This document shows positions 48,104 through 57,441 of a stretch of DNA of 64,000 nucleotides, piece after piece. The stretch is taken from positions 1,681-65,680 of the forward strand of contig CAZDTP010000004.1 in assembly GCA_964508365.1 (NCBI GenBank). Direction: 5' to 3'. The position numbers and the translations under genes are program-made. This stretch comes from an uncultured archaeon. Lineage in GTDB: Archaea > Asgardarchaeota > Lokiarchaeia > Sigyniarchaeales > SOKP01. Position 1 is the stretch's first letter. The number at the start of each line of letters is the position of its first letter. Under the pieces are notes generated by a model, which had not been told where the DNA came from, ran no database searches, and worked only from the letters and a program-made list of their open reading frames with translations.

Positions 48104-48871
48104 TTAATTTTTTATCTCTTCTCGAGAAACTAATACTTGTTTGACATCATAACATTCTTCTTGATACGGACATACTTCACAACCCCAATCGTAATCACAA
48201 TCAATTCTCTTTCTCCACTCTTCAATTTTTTTTTTCCACTTCTCCCTAACTTCAGCTAAAATTTCTGAAGAGAGCACGATAAATTGATCAATAGAACTTG
48301 GATAAGAATTAATAAAAATAACTTCAACCGATTTTACTAGATCAGGGAACTTTTGTTTATACAACTGGACAATTGCGTTTCCCAATATCTCGAACGAAAA
48401 TCCTTTTTGGAGAGCGGAACTACTGATTCGACACCAAAATCTACGAGGAATGGTACGAATTGAGAAACCCTCTATTCCATTTGATATAAAATTTAATTGT
48501 CTTAACTCATCTTCATTTTCAGTAGTATTTTTATTTATCCCGATTAATAAAATAATCCCAAAATCAATTTTTGGCTCTTCAATTCTATTTACTTCTATTC
48601 CTAGCAACGAGATTCTTCCGTGATTGATTAATTTAATTTGTTCAATTGGAATTACAACTGAGAACGATTTTTTATTCATCCCACCAAGTTCTAAGCCTGT
48701 TTCCTCTTCAAGTATTATTTCTTTAAATCCATTCAATCCAATCTTAATTTTATTATCGACATGTGAATTGATCTGGTTATTAGTTGATTCATATGTAAAT
48801 AGGATTTTTCCAGTATCTTGTTCCTTCTCTAAGAACTCTCTTATCTTTTCAATCGCAGTTTTGGGTTCCAT
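48104..48871 (-). CDS. Short acetyl-CoA synthase beta (CdhC)-related protein with C-terminal Cys cluster
   Basis: NGIEG..RRFWCRISSSALQKGFSFEILG..FPDLVKSVEV resembles the CdhC WxRISK..KGF segment; ends CDYDWGCEVCPYQEEC. Confidence 0.6.
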   Translation of the reverse strand: MEPKTAIEKIREFLEKEQDTGKILFTYESTNNQINSHVDNKIKIGLNGFKEIILEEETGLELGGMNKKSFSVVIPIEQIKLINHGRISLLGIEVNRIEEPKIDFGIILLIGINKNTTENEDELRQLNFISNGIEGFSIRTIPRRFWCRISSSALQKGFSFEILGNAIVQLYKQKFPDLVKSVEVIFINSYPSSIDQFIVLSSEILAEVREKWKKKIEEWRKRIDCDYDWGCEVCPYQEECYDVKQVLVSREEIKN

Positions 48872-49050
48872 TAAAACAATACCAATCTAAATTAATCCAG
48901 TATTAAATTATAATGAAGGGGTATTAAACTTTATTTAGGTTTTAATGGTTTTTAAAGAGTTTTATTCTCAATATTGAATTCATAAATTTAATTTCTGAAT
49001 TCTTATTTAATGAATTATTTAATAATAATAATAATAAAAAAGGATAAATT

Positions 49051-49764
49051 ATGACGATTCAACCTAGTAATAGTAGTGAAAAGGATCCAACCTGTCATCT
49101 CTGTAATAGCTATAAATATTGTGTTTCTGGGAGACCAAATAAGAATTTAGAGAATTGTCCGATGAAGACCTCTCCAGAGATCGAGAAACAAGCTCGTGAA
49201 CTATATGAAAAAGATGATTTAATAAAGAAATCGGTACGTATAGCGTCTATTGTTGAGGCTACAGGATACATAAAATGGCCAAGATTGAGAGATACAATTG
49301 AATACGCGAAAGGAATGGAGTATAATAAATTAGGAATAGCATTTTGTGTAGGGTTGCTCAGTGAAGCAGAACAAATTGCCAAAATCTTAACAGATTACGG
49401 GTTTACGGTAGCTTCGGTCTGTTGTAAAACAGGAAGCGTCAAAAAAACGGATATAGGAGTCCCTAAAGAATACACAACGGTTTCTAAAACTGGGTATCCA
49501 ATTGGAACAATTACTTGTAATCCTGTAGCTCAAGCTCTTTTGCTAAATAAAGCTGAAACTGATTTAAATCTCATTGTAGGATTATGCGTAGGACACGATA
49601 CAACATTCACTAAGTTATCGAAAGCACCAGTTACTACCTTAATCGCAAAGGACAGATCTTCACCTCACAACCCCGCTGCGTGCTTGCTCAATCACTATGG
49701 TAAAACTTTCTTTTCAATGGATCTTAGTGAGATGAAACGAAAAGAATTTGAAAAAAAGAAGTAA
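49051..49764 (+). CDS. DUF1847-family Cys-rich metal-binding protein
   Basis: GIAFCVGL, VCCKTG, CNPVAQA, GLCVGHD. Confidence 0.85.
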   Translation: MTIQPSNSSEKDPTCHLCNSYKYCVSGRPNKNLENCPMKTSPEIEKQARELYEKDDLIKKSVRIASIVEATGYIKWPRLRDTIEYAKGMEYNKLGIAFCVGLLSEAEQIAKILTDYGFTVASVCCKTGSVKKTDIGVPKEYTTVSKTGYPIGTITCNPVAQALLLNKAETDLNLIVGLCVGHDTTFTKLSKAPVTTLIAKDRSSPHNPAACLLNHYGKTFFSMDLSEMKRKEFEKKK

Positions 49765-49859
49765 AATAGATAAATTTGCTCTTAAGATTCTTCTAACGAA
49801 TAGTTATTAAAATTTGGAAATTTAACATATATAGAAAAAATAAATTTTAGGTTATATAA

Positions 49860-50282
49860 ATGATTTCAATTCAAAAAGGGGAGGATTTGCTCTCAATTTC
49901 CTTAAGTACCATTTTAAGCTACAGGAAGGACGAGCCTGAATTTGAAAAACTTGTTTTAGATTGGAACAAGAAGATTTTAATTGAGATTGTAGATTTTTAT
50001 CCAATTGAAACTATATTTGATCACGATGAAATTAGATTCAAAGTAAGTGATATTGATAATAAAGTAGATCTGAAAGTTAGTATGAACATCTATACTCTTT
50101 TAGATCTAGCTTATGGAAGGGTAGGCCCTATAAAAGCCGTCTTTCAACGTAAAATAAGAATAAAAGGGTTATTCAAATTTGGAATTCTTTTGAAATTTAT
50201 AAAAATTTTTCTGAAAAGTATGCAAATGGTCGCTTCAGAACCTAACAATAATTATTACGAATTAAATAAACAAACTAGGTAA
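49860..50282 (+). CDS. SCP2-like sterol/lipid-binding domain protein
   Basis: D.KVSMN..TLLDLAYG..GP..AV...KIRIKG pattern of SCP2 folds. Confidence 0.7.
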   Translation: MISIQKGEDLLSISLSTILSYRKDEPEFEKLVLDWNKKILIEIVDFYPIETIFDHDEIRFKVSDIDNKVDLKVSMNIYTLLDLAYGRVGPIKAVFQRKIRIKGLFKFGILLKFIKIFLKSMQMVASEPNNNYYELNKQTR

Positions 50283-50300
50283 GATGGTGGAAGAAAACAT

Positions 50301-51776
50301 ATGACTGAAACAAAAAAAGGAAATTTGTACGAGAGGATTAGTAAAGAGGATGTGCTTAAAATATTAGAGGGGATATTTGGAAGTAAGAACGTAACAGATA
50401 AGTCGGTAGATTTATATCCCTATTCGTACGATATGACGGAATGTCAGCCTCATATGCCTGATTTCGTAGTAATTCCTGAAAATTCGGCACAACTAATAGA
50501 ATTGGTGAAATTTTGCAACAAGAATTCAATACCAATTGTACCTTACATATCTGGGAATAATGTAGGTGGTCTAACGATCCCAGAACATGGTGGTATCGTT
50601 GTCGATTTTGGGAAGAAAATGAATAAAATTCTTCACATCAATGAAAATATGATGTATGCTCTCCTAGAACCGGGAGTTACCTTCGGAGAACTAAAAAAAC
50701 ATTTAGACGAAAAGTATCCACATCTAAAATATAGTTACCCGTTCGCTCCACCTTACGCCGGAGTTGTTGGAAATGTAATTCTGAGTGGCATGAACAATCT
50801 TTCGTGTAAATTAGGCTCAATGGGTGATTCTATTAATGGTCTGGAAGTTATTACTGCTGATGGGGAACTTGTTCGAATTGGTTCTTGTTTTTATGGAAAA
50901 GACGAAGCGGATAAAGATAGTTGGTGGAGTAGGTATCCAATGCCAGACTTAATGGGCTTATTTATAAACTGGCAAGGAATGTCAGGGTTAGTAACTAAGT
51001 GTGCAGTTCAATTATGGCCCAATCCTCCCTTTCAAAAAACCTATCTTGGAATCGTTTTTGGTTTACCAGATATCGCACCGGTTATGAGAGAAGTTGGAAG
51101 GACAGAAATTGTAGATGACATTTCAGCGGTGAGCATTGAAGTAGTAAAGATGACAATAGAACTTCCAGAGCCTAAAAAAATACCAGGTGAACCCGATTTT
51201 GCTGCGCTCTTTTCTATTTCTGGCAGAACAGAAAATTTGTTCAGGGCAAAAGAAGAATATTTAAAATTAACTATAGAAAATCTGAAAAAACAAGGGATTA
51301 AAATTCTTCTCGTAGATGTTGACGAGTTTAGCAAACTATTTAGTTTAAGAGTAAGATGCCATTTGGATTTACCCGCAGTAATTCTATCGTTAGTAGAATA
51401 TTCTGGTCTAACATGGTTTGGATCCTATGCTCCTACACATAAACTCGAAGATTTGATTCCTAAGGTGAACGATTTATTTTTGAAATACAACGTTCCCCCA
51501 TTTATTTACATGAAAATCATGAAGCATTCTCATTACGGAATTTTTCGCCCGATCCTTCGATATAATAAATTCAAAGATGAGGATAAAATCCATAATCTAC
51601 TGAACGAAATTGCCGATCTATGTATCGCAGAGGGTTGTATCCCCTATAAAACGCCTGCTTGGATGACAGAAAAAATGCGAGAAGTAATTAATCCTGGTTG
51701 GCTAAAATTATTTGACAAAATTAAAAATTGCTTAGATAAAAACAATATTTTCAATCCCGGAAGGTGGAACACATAA
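50301..51776 (+). CDS. FAD-binding oxidoreductase type 4 (GlcD/D-lactate dehydrogenase-like)
   Basis: PDFVVIP, SGNNVGG, VEPG-like LEPGVT, GLEVITADG, DKNNIFNPG. Confidence 0.88.
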   Translation: MTETKKGNLYERISKEDVLKILEGIFGSKNVTDKSVDLYPYSYDMTECQPHMPDFVVIPENSAQLIELVKFCNKNSIPIVPYISGNNVGGLTIPEHGGIVVDFGKKMNKILHINENMMYALLEPGVTFGELKKHLDEKYPHLKYSYPFAPPYAGVVGNVILSGMNNLSCKLGSMGDSINGLEVITADGELVRIGSCFYGKDEADKDSWWSRYPMPDLMGLFINWQGMSGLVTKCAVQLWPNPPFQKTYLGIVFGLPDIAPVMREVGRTEIVDDISAVSIEVVKMTIELPEPKKIPGEPDFAALFSISGRTENLFRAKEEYLKLTIENLKKQGIKILLVDVDEFSKLFSLRVRCHLDLPAVILSLVEYSGLTWFGSYAPTHKLEDLIPKVNDLFLKYNVPPFIYMKIMKHSHYGIFRPILRYNKFKDEDKIHNLLNEIADLCIAEGCIPYKTPAWMTEKMREVINPGWLKLFDKIKNCLDKNNIFNPGRWNT

Positions 51777-51904
51777 ATTGTTAAATTTTTTCTAATTAAA
51801 AATTTAGAAAATGAGATTCGATCGTTAAATAAGAAATAAAAGAGAAAGATAAAAATTACTTTTAAAAATTCTGTTAATTTATTCAAATAAAGGTGATATA
51901 TTAA

Positions 51905-52936
51905 ATGATAGAAACAAATATTACAAAAATGTTTGGGATAAAACATCCTATATTTAGCGCTCCAATGGGTCCCTTTTTTACCCGCGATTTAGCCCTTGCT
52001 GTCAGTGAGGCTGGTGGTTTAGGAGTGTTATCAAACGTTAACATCATCGGCACAGATCCCGTTGACGAACATAAGGCAAGCCTTGAATATATGATTGAAC
52101 ATACTGACAAGCCATTCGGACTTAATATCCTTACATCTCGGAATAATCCTGGAGTGAGACAAATGGTTAGATCATTACCAAGAATAGTCATGGGTAATGT
52201 AAGAATGCGAGATCAATGTAAATATTGGCTAACTTCTGCAGGTTCTTCAAAAATTCTTGCAGAATCGAAAAGTTTTCAAGAATTAAGAGAAAATTCAGAA
52301 GTTAAGCACTTTCATGTAGCTCCAGCTGTATGGTTGGCTCAAAAGTGTGTAGATTCAGGAGTGGATGGAATAGTGGTAACTGGTACTGAAGGTGGAGGGC
52401 ATCAATCATATGAGAGAGTCAGTACTCTTGTTTTACTCCAACAGATTAATAAGAACTTCCCTGATTTACCAAAGATTGCTTGTGGGGGTTTTGCTACTGG
52501 CGAATCTTTAGCTGCGGCAATTTCTTTAGGTGCAGGAGCAATAGCAATGGGATCAAGATTTATAGCTTCTAAGCAGAGTGAATTTCATGAAAAATACAAA
52601 GCGTTAATTCCTCCGGGTAGCCCGCAAGATACGGGGCTCTATACTGGATCTTTCGGACCTATTCGCTTGTATAAAAACGAATATGCATTATCGCATCCCG
52701 CACCTAGCAGTAAAGAAGAAATGATCGCTTACGAAAATTCTATATCTCCAGAACAAAGAGTAAAAGATTTAGGTGCCTATGACAGGGTATATAACGGAGA
52801 TATTGATACTGGGGCTGTTCTACTAGGTCAATCAATAGGAATTATTGATAGTATAGACAATGTCAATGATATTATTGAACGGATAATAAATAAGGCTGAA
52901 ACTGTTATCAGAAGGAATAACTCTATGTTGAAATAA
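51905..52936 (+). CDS. Nitronate monooxygenase / FabK-like flavin enzyme
   Basis: KHPIFSAPM, VSEAGGLG, GTEGGGH, ACGG, AMGSRF, GQSIG. Confidence 0.88.
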   Translation: MIETNITKMFGIKHPIFSAPMGPFFTRDLALAVSEAGGLGVLSNVNIIGTDPVDEHKASLEYMIEHTDKPFGLNILTSRNNPGVRQMVRSLPRIVMGNVRMRDQCKYWLTSAGSSKILAESKSFQELRENSEVKHFHVAPAVWLAQKCVDSGVDGIVVTGTEGGGHQSYERVSTLVLLQQINKNFPDLPKIACGGFATGESLAAAISLGAGAIAMGSRFIASKQSEFHEKYKALIPPGSPQDTGLYTGSFGPIRLYKNEYALSHPAPSSKEEMIAYENSISPEQRVKDLGAYDRVYNGDIDTGAVLLGQSIGIIDSIDNVNDIIERIINKAETVIRRNNSMLK

Positions 52937-53026
52937 GACCCTATGTATACTTAATATAACCGATTTTATAATTTCTTTATAAATTGAACTAAAATTTGAT
53001 TTATTTGAACGAACAAATATTGGAGA

Positions 53027-53440
53027 ATGAATATTCTTAATATCGAATATCCAGATGATTTAATTTCCTTATCATTGAAGACTGTTTTCATTTCGAGGAA
53101 AGATGATAGGAAATTTATAAAACACGCGAAAGATTGGAATAAAAAAATCGTGCTTCACATCGAGCCATTCTATCCAGTGACAGTAGTCTTTGACGGTAGC
53201 GATATAAAATTTGAAAGGAAAGAATACCCTAACCCAGACATGAAGGTTAAAATTCATATCAACACCATGCTTGATATCGCCAATGATTGATTAAACCCAT
53301 TTTTTGCAATAGAAGAAGGGAAAAGGGAAATTGAAGGTTTGGGTGAAGATAGCGAAAAAATTCTGCGGTTTTATAATATTTTTGTAGTGTCTATGCAGAT
53401 GGTCGCTTAAGAGCCTAATGTGAATTACTATGAAATAAAT
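53027..53440 (+). pseudogene. SCP2-like paralogue with two in-frame nonsense codons
   Basis: Reading through TGA (53288-53290) and TAA (53408-53410) gives ...SMQMVA*EPNVNYYEINK versus SMQMVASEPNNNYYELNK in 49860-50282; end approximate. Confidence 0.8.
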
Positions 53441-53527
53441 AAAAATATTTTGTTTCTAACACTTCAATTTCCCAGACACAAAACTGAATAGTATTAAAAT
53501 ACAAAAAATAACAGGGGTGTAATAAAA

Positions 53528-54931
53528 ATGGAGAAAAAAAGTAATAATATTAAAAATTTATTTGTAATTAGGTATTCTAGTGAGGATATTCAAGAATGGA
53601 AAGATTTATTTGAGAAACTTGGTAGTTTTAGAGCCATAAGTCGTTATTTGCGTGATCGAAATGATGGAAGAGGTCCTTCTGCACCAACGATTATATCACA
53701 TTTAAAAAACAAATTTTGTCAAGAGGGAGAAGATTTTGATGATTGGATTAATCAGAATAGGAAAGGATATTCCGATGATGAGATTCAAGAATGGAAAAAG
53801 TTATACGAGCGTTTAGGTAGCTTTAGAGCGGTATGTAGACATATACGCAAAAAAAATAATAATCCAAACCTTTATTCATCTACAGTTGCTAATAGAATAA
53901 AAACTAAATCTTACAGAGAAAATTGGAATTTTGACAAATGGGTTAACAAATTTAAGAAAGGGTATTCTAGCGAGGATATTCAAGAATGGAAAGAATTATT
54001 TGAGCAGTTGGGAAGTTTTAGAGCAGTAAGTAGATTGATACGGGAAAAAAAAAGCAAAAAAAGTCCTAATGCTTCTATCGTTCATTATCGTTTAAAGAAA
54101 TTGTTTCAGTCAGATGAAAAAAATTTTAATAGATGGGTTGAGAAATTTTCACGAGTTGATGAAATATTGAAACAACAACATTATTCCCGGAAGGAAATGC
54201 AGGAATGGGAAAATTTATTTGAGCAACTTGGTAGTTTTAGTGCAATTAGTAAATATTTCAATTATCAAGAGGGGAAAAGTGCTGTTACATCAACAATTAT
54301 AAAGAATTTACGAAAGAAATTTAAAAAAGAAGACAGAAATTTTACCGAATGGGTAAACGAGTATTTTTCACCAGAATCAGGGATTGCTTCGAATATTGGT
54401 AGATTTGTACATAATGTTTTAGAGTTGTTGTTCATAAAATTTTGTTTAAAAAATGATTTAGATGCTTTTTATGAAGTAAGTTATGACAATGTAATTATTA
54501 GTCCAGATGAAGAAATCAAATTAATTATTATAGATTATACCATTGCAAACGATATGAGGAAAATAGTTGATAAATGTTTTAGAGGATATCATGGACCAGA
54601 AAAAAAGTTGATTATTGTTGTTTTTCTTTCAGATAAAATTATTACTCTCCCAAAGAATAGAAATATTCCATTTATTGAAAATATTGAAATTTTAAATGCT
54701 AAAGAATTTGCTAGTTTTATGGGATATACAGGAAAAGATCTATATTTGTATGAATATATTCGATATTTAGGACGAAAAGCTTTTTATGATAATAACGCAT
54801 ATGAAGAATTAGAAGAATTAAGCAGAAATGCCCTAAATGATTTAAACAGACTTGCAATAAAATATTCCTTTCGAAAAGAAGATTTTGAACGATTTATCTC
54901 ATTAAAAGGGTTGGGTTATTTATTTGAATAA
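53528..54931 (+). CDS. Protein with four ~65-aa helical repeats and a PD-(D/E)XK-like C-terminal domain
   Basis: Repeats YS..(D/E)IQEW..L(F/Y)E.LGSF.A start at 53573, 53768, 53963 and 54182; C-terminal GRFVHNVLE..FYEV..DNVI..IIDYT..K. Confidence 0.8.
   Translation: MEKKSNNIKNLFVIRYSSEDIQEWKDLFEKLGSFRAISRYLRDRNDGRGPSAPTIISHLKNKFCQEGEDFDDWINQNRKGYSDDEIQEWKKLYERLGSFRAVCRHIRKKNNNPNLYSSTVANRIKTKSYRENWNFDKWVNKFKKGYSSEDIQEWKELFEQLGSFRAVSRLIREKKSKKSPNASIVHYRLKKLFQSDEKNFNRWVEKFSRVDEILKQQHYSRKEMQEWENLFEQLGSFSAISKYFNYQEGKSAVTSTIIKNLRKKFKKEDRNFTEWVNEYFSPESGIASNIGRFVHNVLELLFIKFCLKNDLDAFYEVSYDNVIISPDEEIKLIIIDYTIANDMRKIVDKCFRGYHGPEKKLIIVVFLSDKIITLPKNRNIPFIENIEILNAKEFASFMGYTGKDLYLYEYIRYLGRKAFYDNNAYEELEELSRNALNDLNRLAIKYSFRKEDFERFISLKGLGYLFE
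53573..54365 (+). repeat. Intragenic tandem repeat, 195/195/219-nt period
   Basis: Units 1 and 3 are near-identical in DNA (tattctagYgaggatattcaagaatggaaaga...gttttagagc). Confidence 0.9.
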
Positions 54932-54936
54932 AAAGG

Positions 54937-56130
54937 ATGGTTAAAATGACAGAAATAAAGATACCGGATGAGATAATAGGAAAACAATTTTTAGAACTTT
55001 CATTTGAAAGATGCATTAAGTGCAGTACGTGTAAGTACAGTTATAAGGACTTCGAAAAATCGTGCCCGAGTGGAGAAAAATTCCTATTCGAATCGTATTG
55101 GGCATCAGGACGAATAAGAACTATCAGAGGTCTACTGTTGGGAGATTTGGAATGGACGGAGGATTTAATAGATCCTATATTTGCTTGCACAACTTGTGGA
55201 GCATGTATGGACGCTTGCCAAGCACCTCACGCTGATTATATAGTTGATATGATAGAAGCACTTCGAGAATTAGCCGTTCAACATATTGGTCCTGCGAAAA
55301 ATCAAGAACTGCTCGTATCGCGTTGCAATGAGCATTGCAATCCATATGGAGAAGAGAATTCTACGAATGAAGATTTAAAAACAAAATATAATCTTCCAGA
55401 CAAAGCTGAATGGGTGTATTTTATAGGTTGTACATCAAATTATCGGCAGCAGTCACTTAGAGATGCAACCCTAAGATTTTTAAAGAAAGCGGGGATAGAT
55501 TTTACTTTAATTGATGAGCATTGTTGTACAAGCCCGATGATTCGAACAGGTCAGTTATCTATCGTAAATGAATACATGAACTACAATAATACGGAAATTA
55601 AAAAAGCTGGAGCAAGTAAGGTGATTACCAGTTGTGCTGGATGTTATAGAACCTTGAGAAAGGATTTTGAAAAATATGGTGTGAAGCATGATTTTGAAGT
55701 ATACCATTCACTTGAGTTAGTGAAGAATCTCTTAGACGAAAAAAAGATAGAATTTAAATCTGAATATAATAAAACCGTTACCTACCACGATCCGTGCCAT
55801 CTGGGAAGGCATATGGGAATCTATGAGTTACCAAGAGAGGTTTACAAACAGATACCTGGATTAAATTTAGTAGAAATGAAAAGAAATCGAAATTTTGCAT
55901 GGTGTTGCGGTGCGGGTGGCGGTGTGAAAATAGGATATCCTAATTGGGCTCTTGAGATTTCAAAAGACCGACTTGAAGAAGCAAAAGAGACAGAAGCTAC
56001 TGTAATTTCTTCTACTTGTCCATTTTGCAAAACTAATTTAAATGATGCGAATGTAAAATATAATTTTGACTTCCAAGTTTTAGATTTGATGGAGATATTA
56101 GATCAAATTGAAATAGAAGTTAAGAATTGA
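54937..56130 (+). CDS. HdrD/GlcF-like Fe-S oxidoreductase (2x4Fe-4S + 2 CCG)
   Basis: CIKCSTC, CTTCGACMDAC, FIGC, HCCTSP, CAGC, YHDPCHLGR, CCGAGGG, CPFC. Confidence 0.9.
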   Translation: MVKMTEIKIPDEIIGKQFLELSFERCIKCSTCKYSYKDFEKSCPSGEKFLFESYWASGRIRTIRGLLLGDLEWTEDLIDPIFACTTCGACMDACQAPHADYIVDMIEALRELAVQHIGPAKNQELLVSRCNEHCNPYGEENSTNEDLKTKYNLPDKAEWVYFIGCTSNYRQQSLRDATLRFLKKAGIDFTLIDEHCCTSPMIRTGQLSIVNEYMNYNNTEIKKAGASKVITSCAGCYRTLRKDFEKYGVKHDFEVYHSLELVKNLLDEKKIEFKSEYNKTVTYHDPCHLGRHMGIYELPREVYKQIPGLNLVEMKRNRNFAWCCGAGGGVKIGYPNWALEISKDRLEEAKETEATVISSTCPFCKTNLNDANVKYNFDFQVLDLMEILDQIEIEVKN

Positions 56131-56160
56131 ATAATATTTTAAATTTAAAACTACATTTAA

Positions 56161-57441
56161 ATGGTTATTATGACCAAAATTGAACCAATAGATAAAAGTT
56201 TTTATTCAGCTTTTAATAAAGATGCTTGTACTGTTTGTGGTGAGTGTTTCCATAGATGCCCGATTATGGAGCTCACTATAGAAGAATCTGTTAGGGAGAT
56301 GAAAAAACTACTCGATGGTGAACCAACTAAAAGAGTACTGACAGAATGCCAAAGTTGTTACTCATGTAATTTTTACTGTCCTGAAAATGCTTATCCTGCT
56401 AGTTTAGTTCTACAACGCTGGAATGAACAGTATAAAAAAGAAGGTTTAAAAAAAAGAGGTAAATTTTATATGACCTTTTATCCTCATTATCCCAATTTTC
56501 GTTCTTATGTTATGGAACATTTGCCTGAGAAAACAATAGATTTAGTAAAAAACTGGGTGTCTTTAGAACCATTAGCAGGAGATACTCTAACCTACCCGGG
56601 ATGTAATGTGATTACATTTGCGGAACTAACTCAAGCGTCATTTTTTACCGACCTTGATATTCGAGGTAGATTGGAATATTGTTGTGGGGAAACTTTATTT
56701 CGAACGGGATACCGAGATGAATTATATCAAGTCACCAAAAGATTAGATAAATGGTTTAATATTCTGAAACCTAAGAAATTATTAGTTCTGTGTACTGCTG
56801 GAACTAACATGTTTAAGAATATTTTACCGCATTATGGATTAACTTACAAATTTGAAGAGATAAAATCATATATAGAATATTTATGGGAAAAACTTGAAAA
56901 TGGAGAGATTCAAATTAAGAATAAACTCAATATGACTATGACTATTCAAGACTCATGTTATTCTAAAATGTTTGGAGATGATTACATGGATTTACCACGC
57001 AAAATTTTAACCAAAATCGGAGTTAAAGTTATTGAAACAAATGCTTGTAGAGAAAATATGAGATGTTGCGGTATAGGTGCTGGTTTCTCAGTAGATTCTG
57101 CGTACCAACCGTTTAAGATCCGAAGTTCCACGCTTCGTAATTTTAAAGATATCAAAAAGACAAAAAGTGATGCGGTATGTGTTTATTGTGCTGGATGTTT
57201 AGCAACCTTCACAGCAAATAAAAAACTTTACTTTAAAAAATTAAAAGTATATCACATTATTGAGCTTATACAAATGGCAATCGGAGAAAAACCTTGTTTG
57301 ACTAAAAAAGCGAAAAAGAAAAGAGCAAAACATTTTTTCTGGGGAACCATGAAAAAGCAAGTCCCCATGATCAATTCGAAAGACACCTTTCAGTTAGCAG
57401 ATATTCCAGAAGACCCCCCATCATATGAGGAAGCGTGGTAA
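56161..57441 (+). CDS. HdrD-like (Fe-S)-binding protein
   Basis: CTVCGECFHRCP, CQSCYSCNFYCP, YCCGE, QDSC, CCGIGAG, YCAGC. Confidence 0.88.
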   Translation: MVIMTKIEPIDKSFYSAFNKDACTVCGECFHRCPIMELTIEESVREMKKLLDGEPTKRVLTECQSCYSCNFYCPENAYPASLVLQRWNEQYKKEGLKKRGKFYMTFYPHYPNFRSYVMEHLPEKTIDLVKNWVSLEPLAGDTLTYPGCNVITFAELTQASFFTDLDIRGRLEYCCGETLFRTGYRDELYQVTKRLDKWFNILKPKKLLVLCTAGTNMFKNILPHYGLTYKFEEIKSYIEYLWEKLENGEIQIKNKLNMTMTIQDSCYSKMFGDDYMDLPRKILTKIGVKVIETNACRENMRCCGIGAGFSVDSAYQPFKIRSSTLRNFKDIKKTKSDAVCVYCAGCLATFTANKKLYFKKLKVYHIIELIQMAIGEKPCLTKKAKKKRAKHFFWGTMKKQVPMINSKDTFQLADIPEDPPSYEEAW

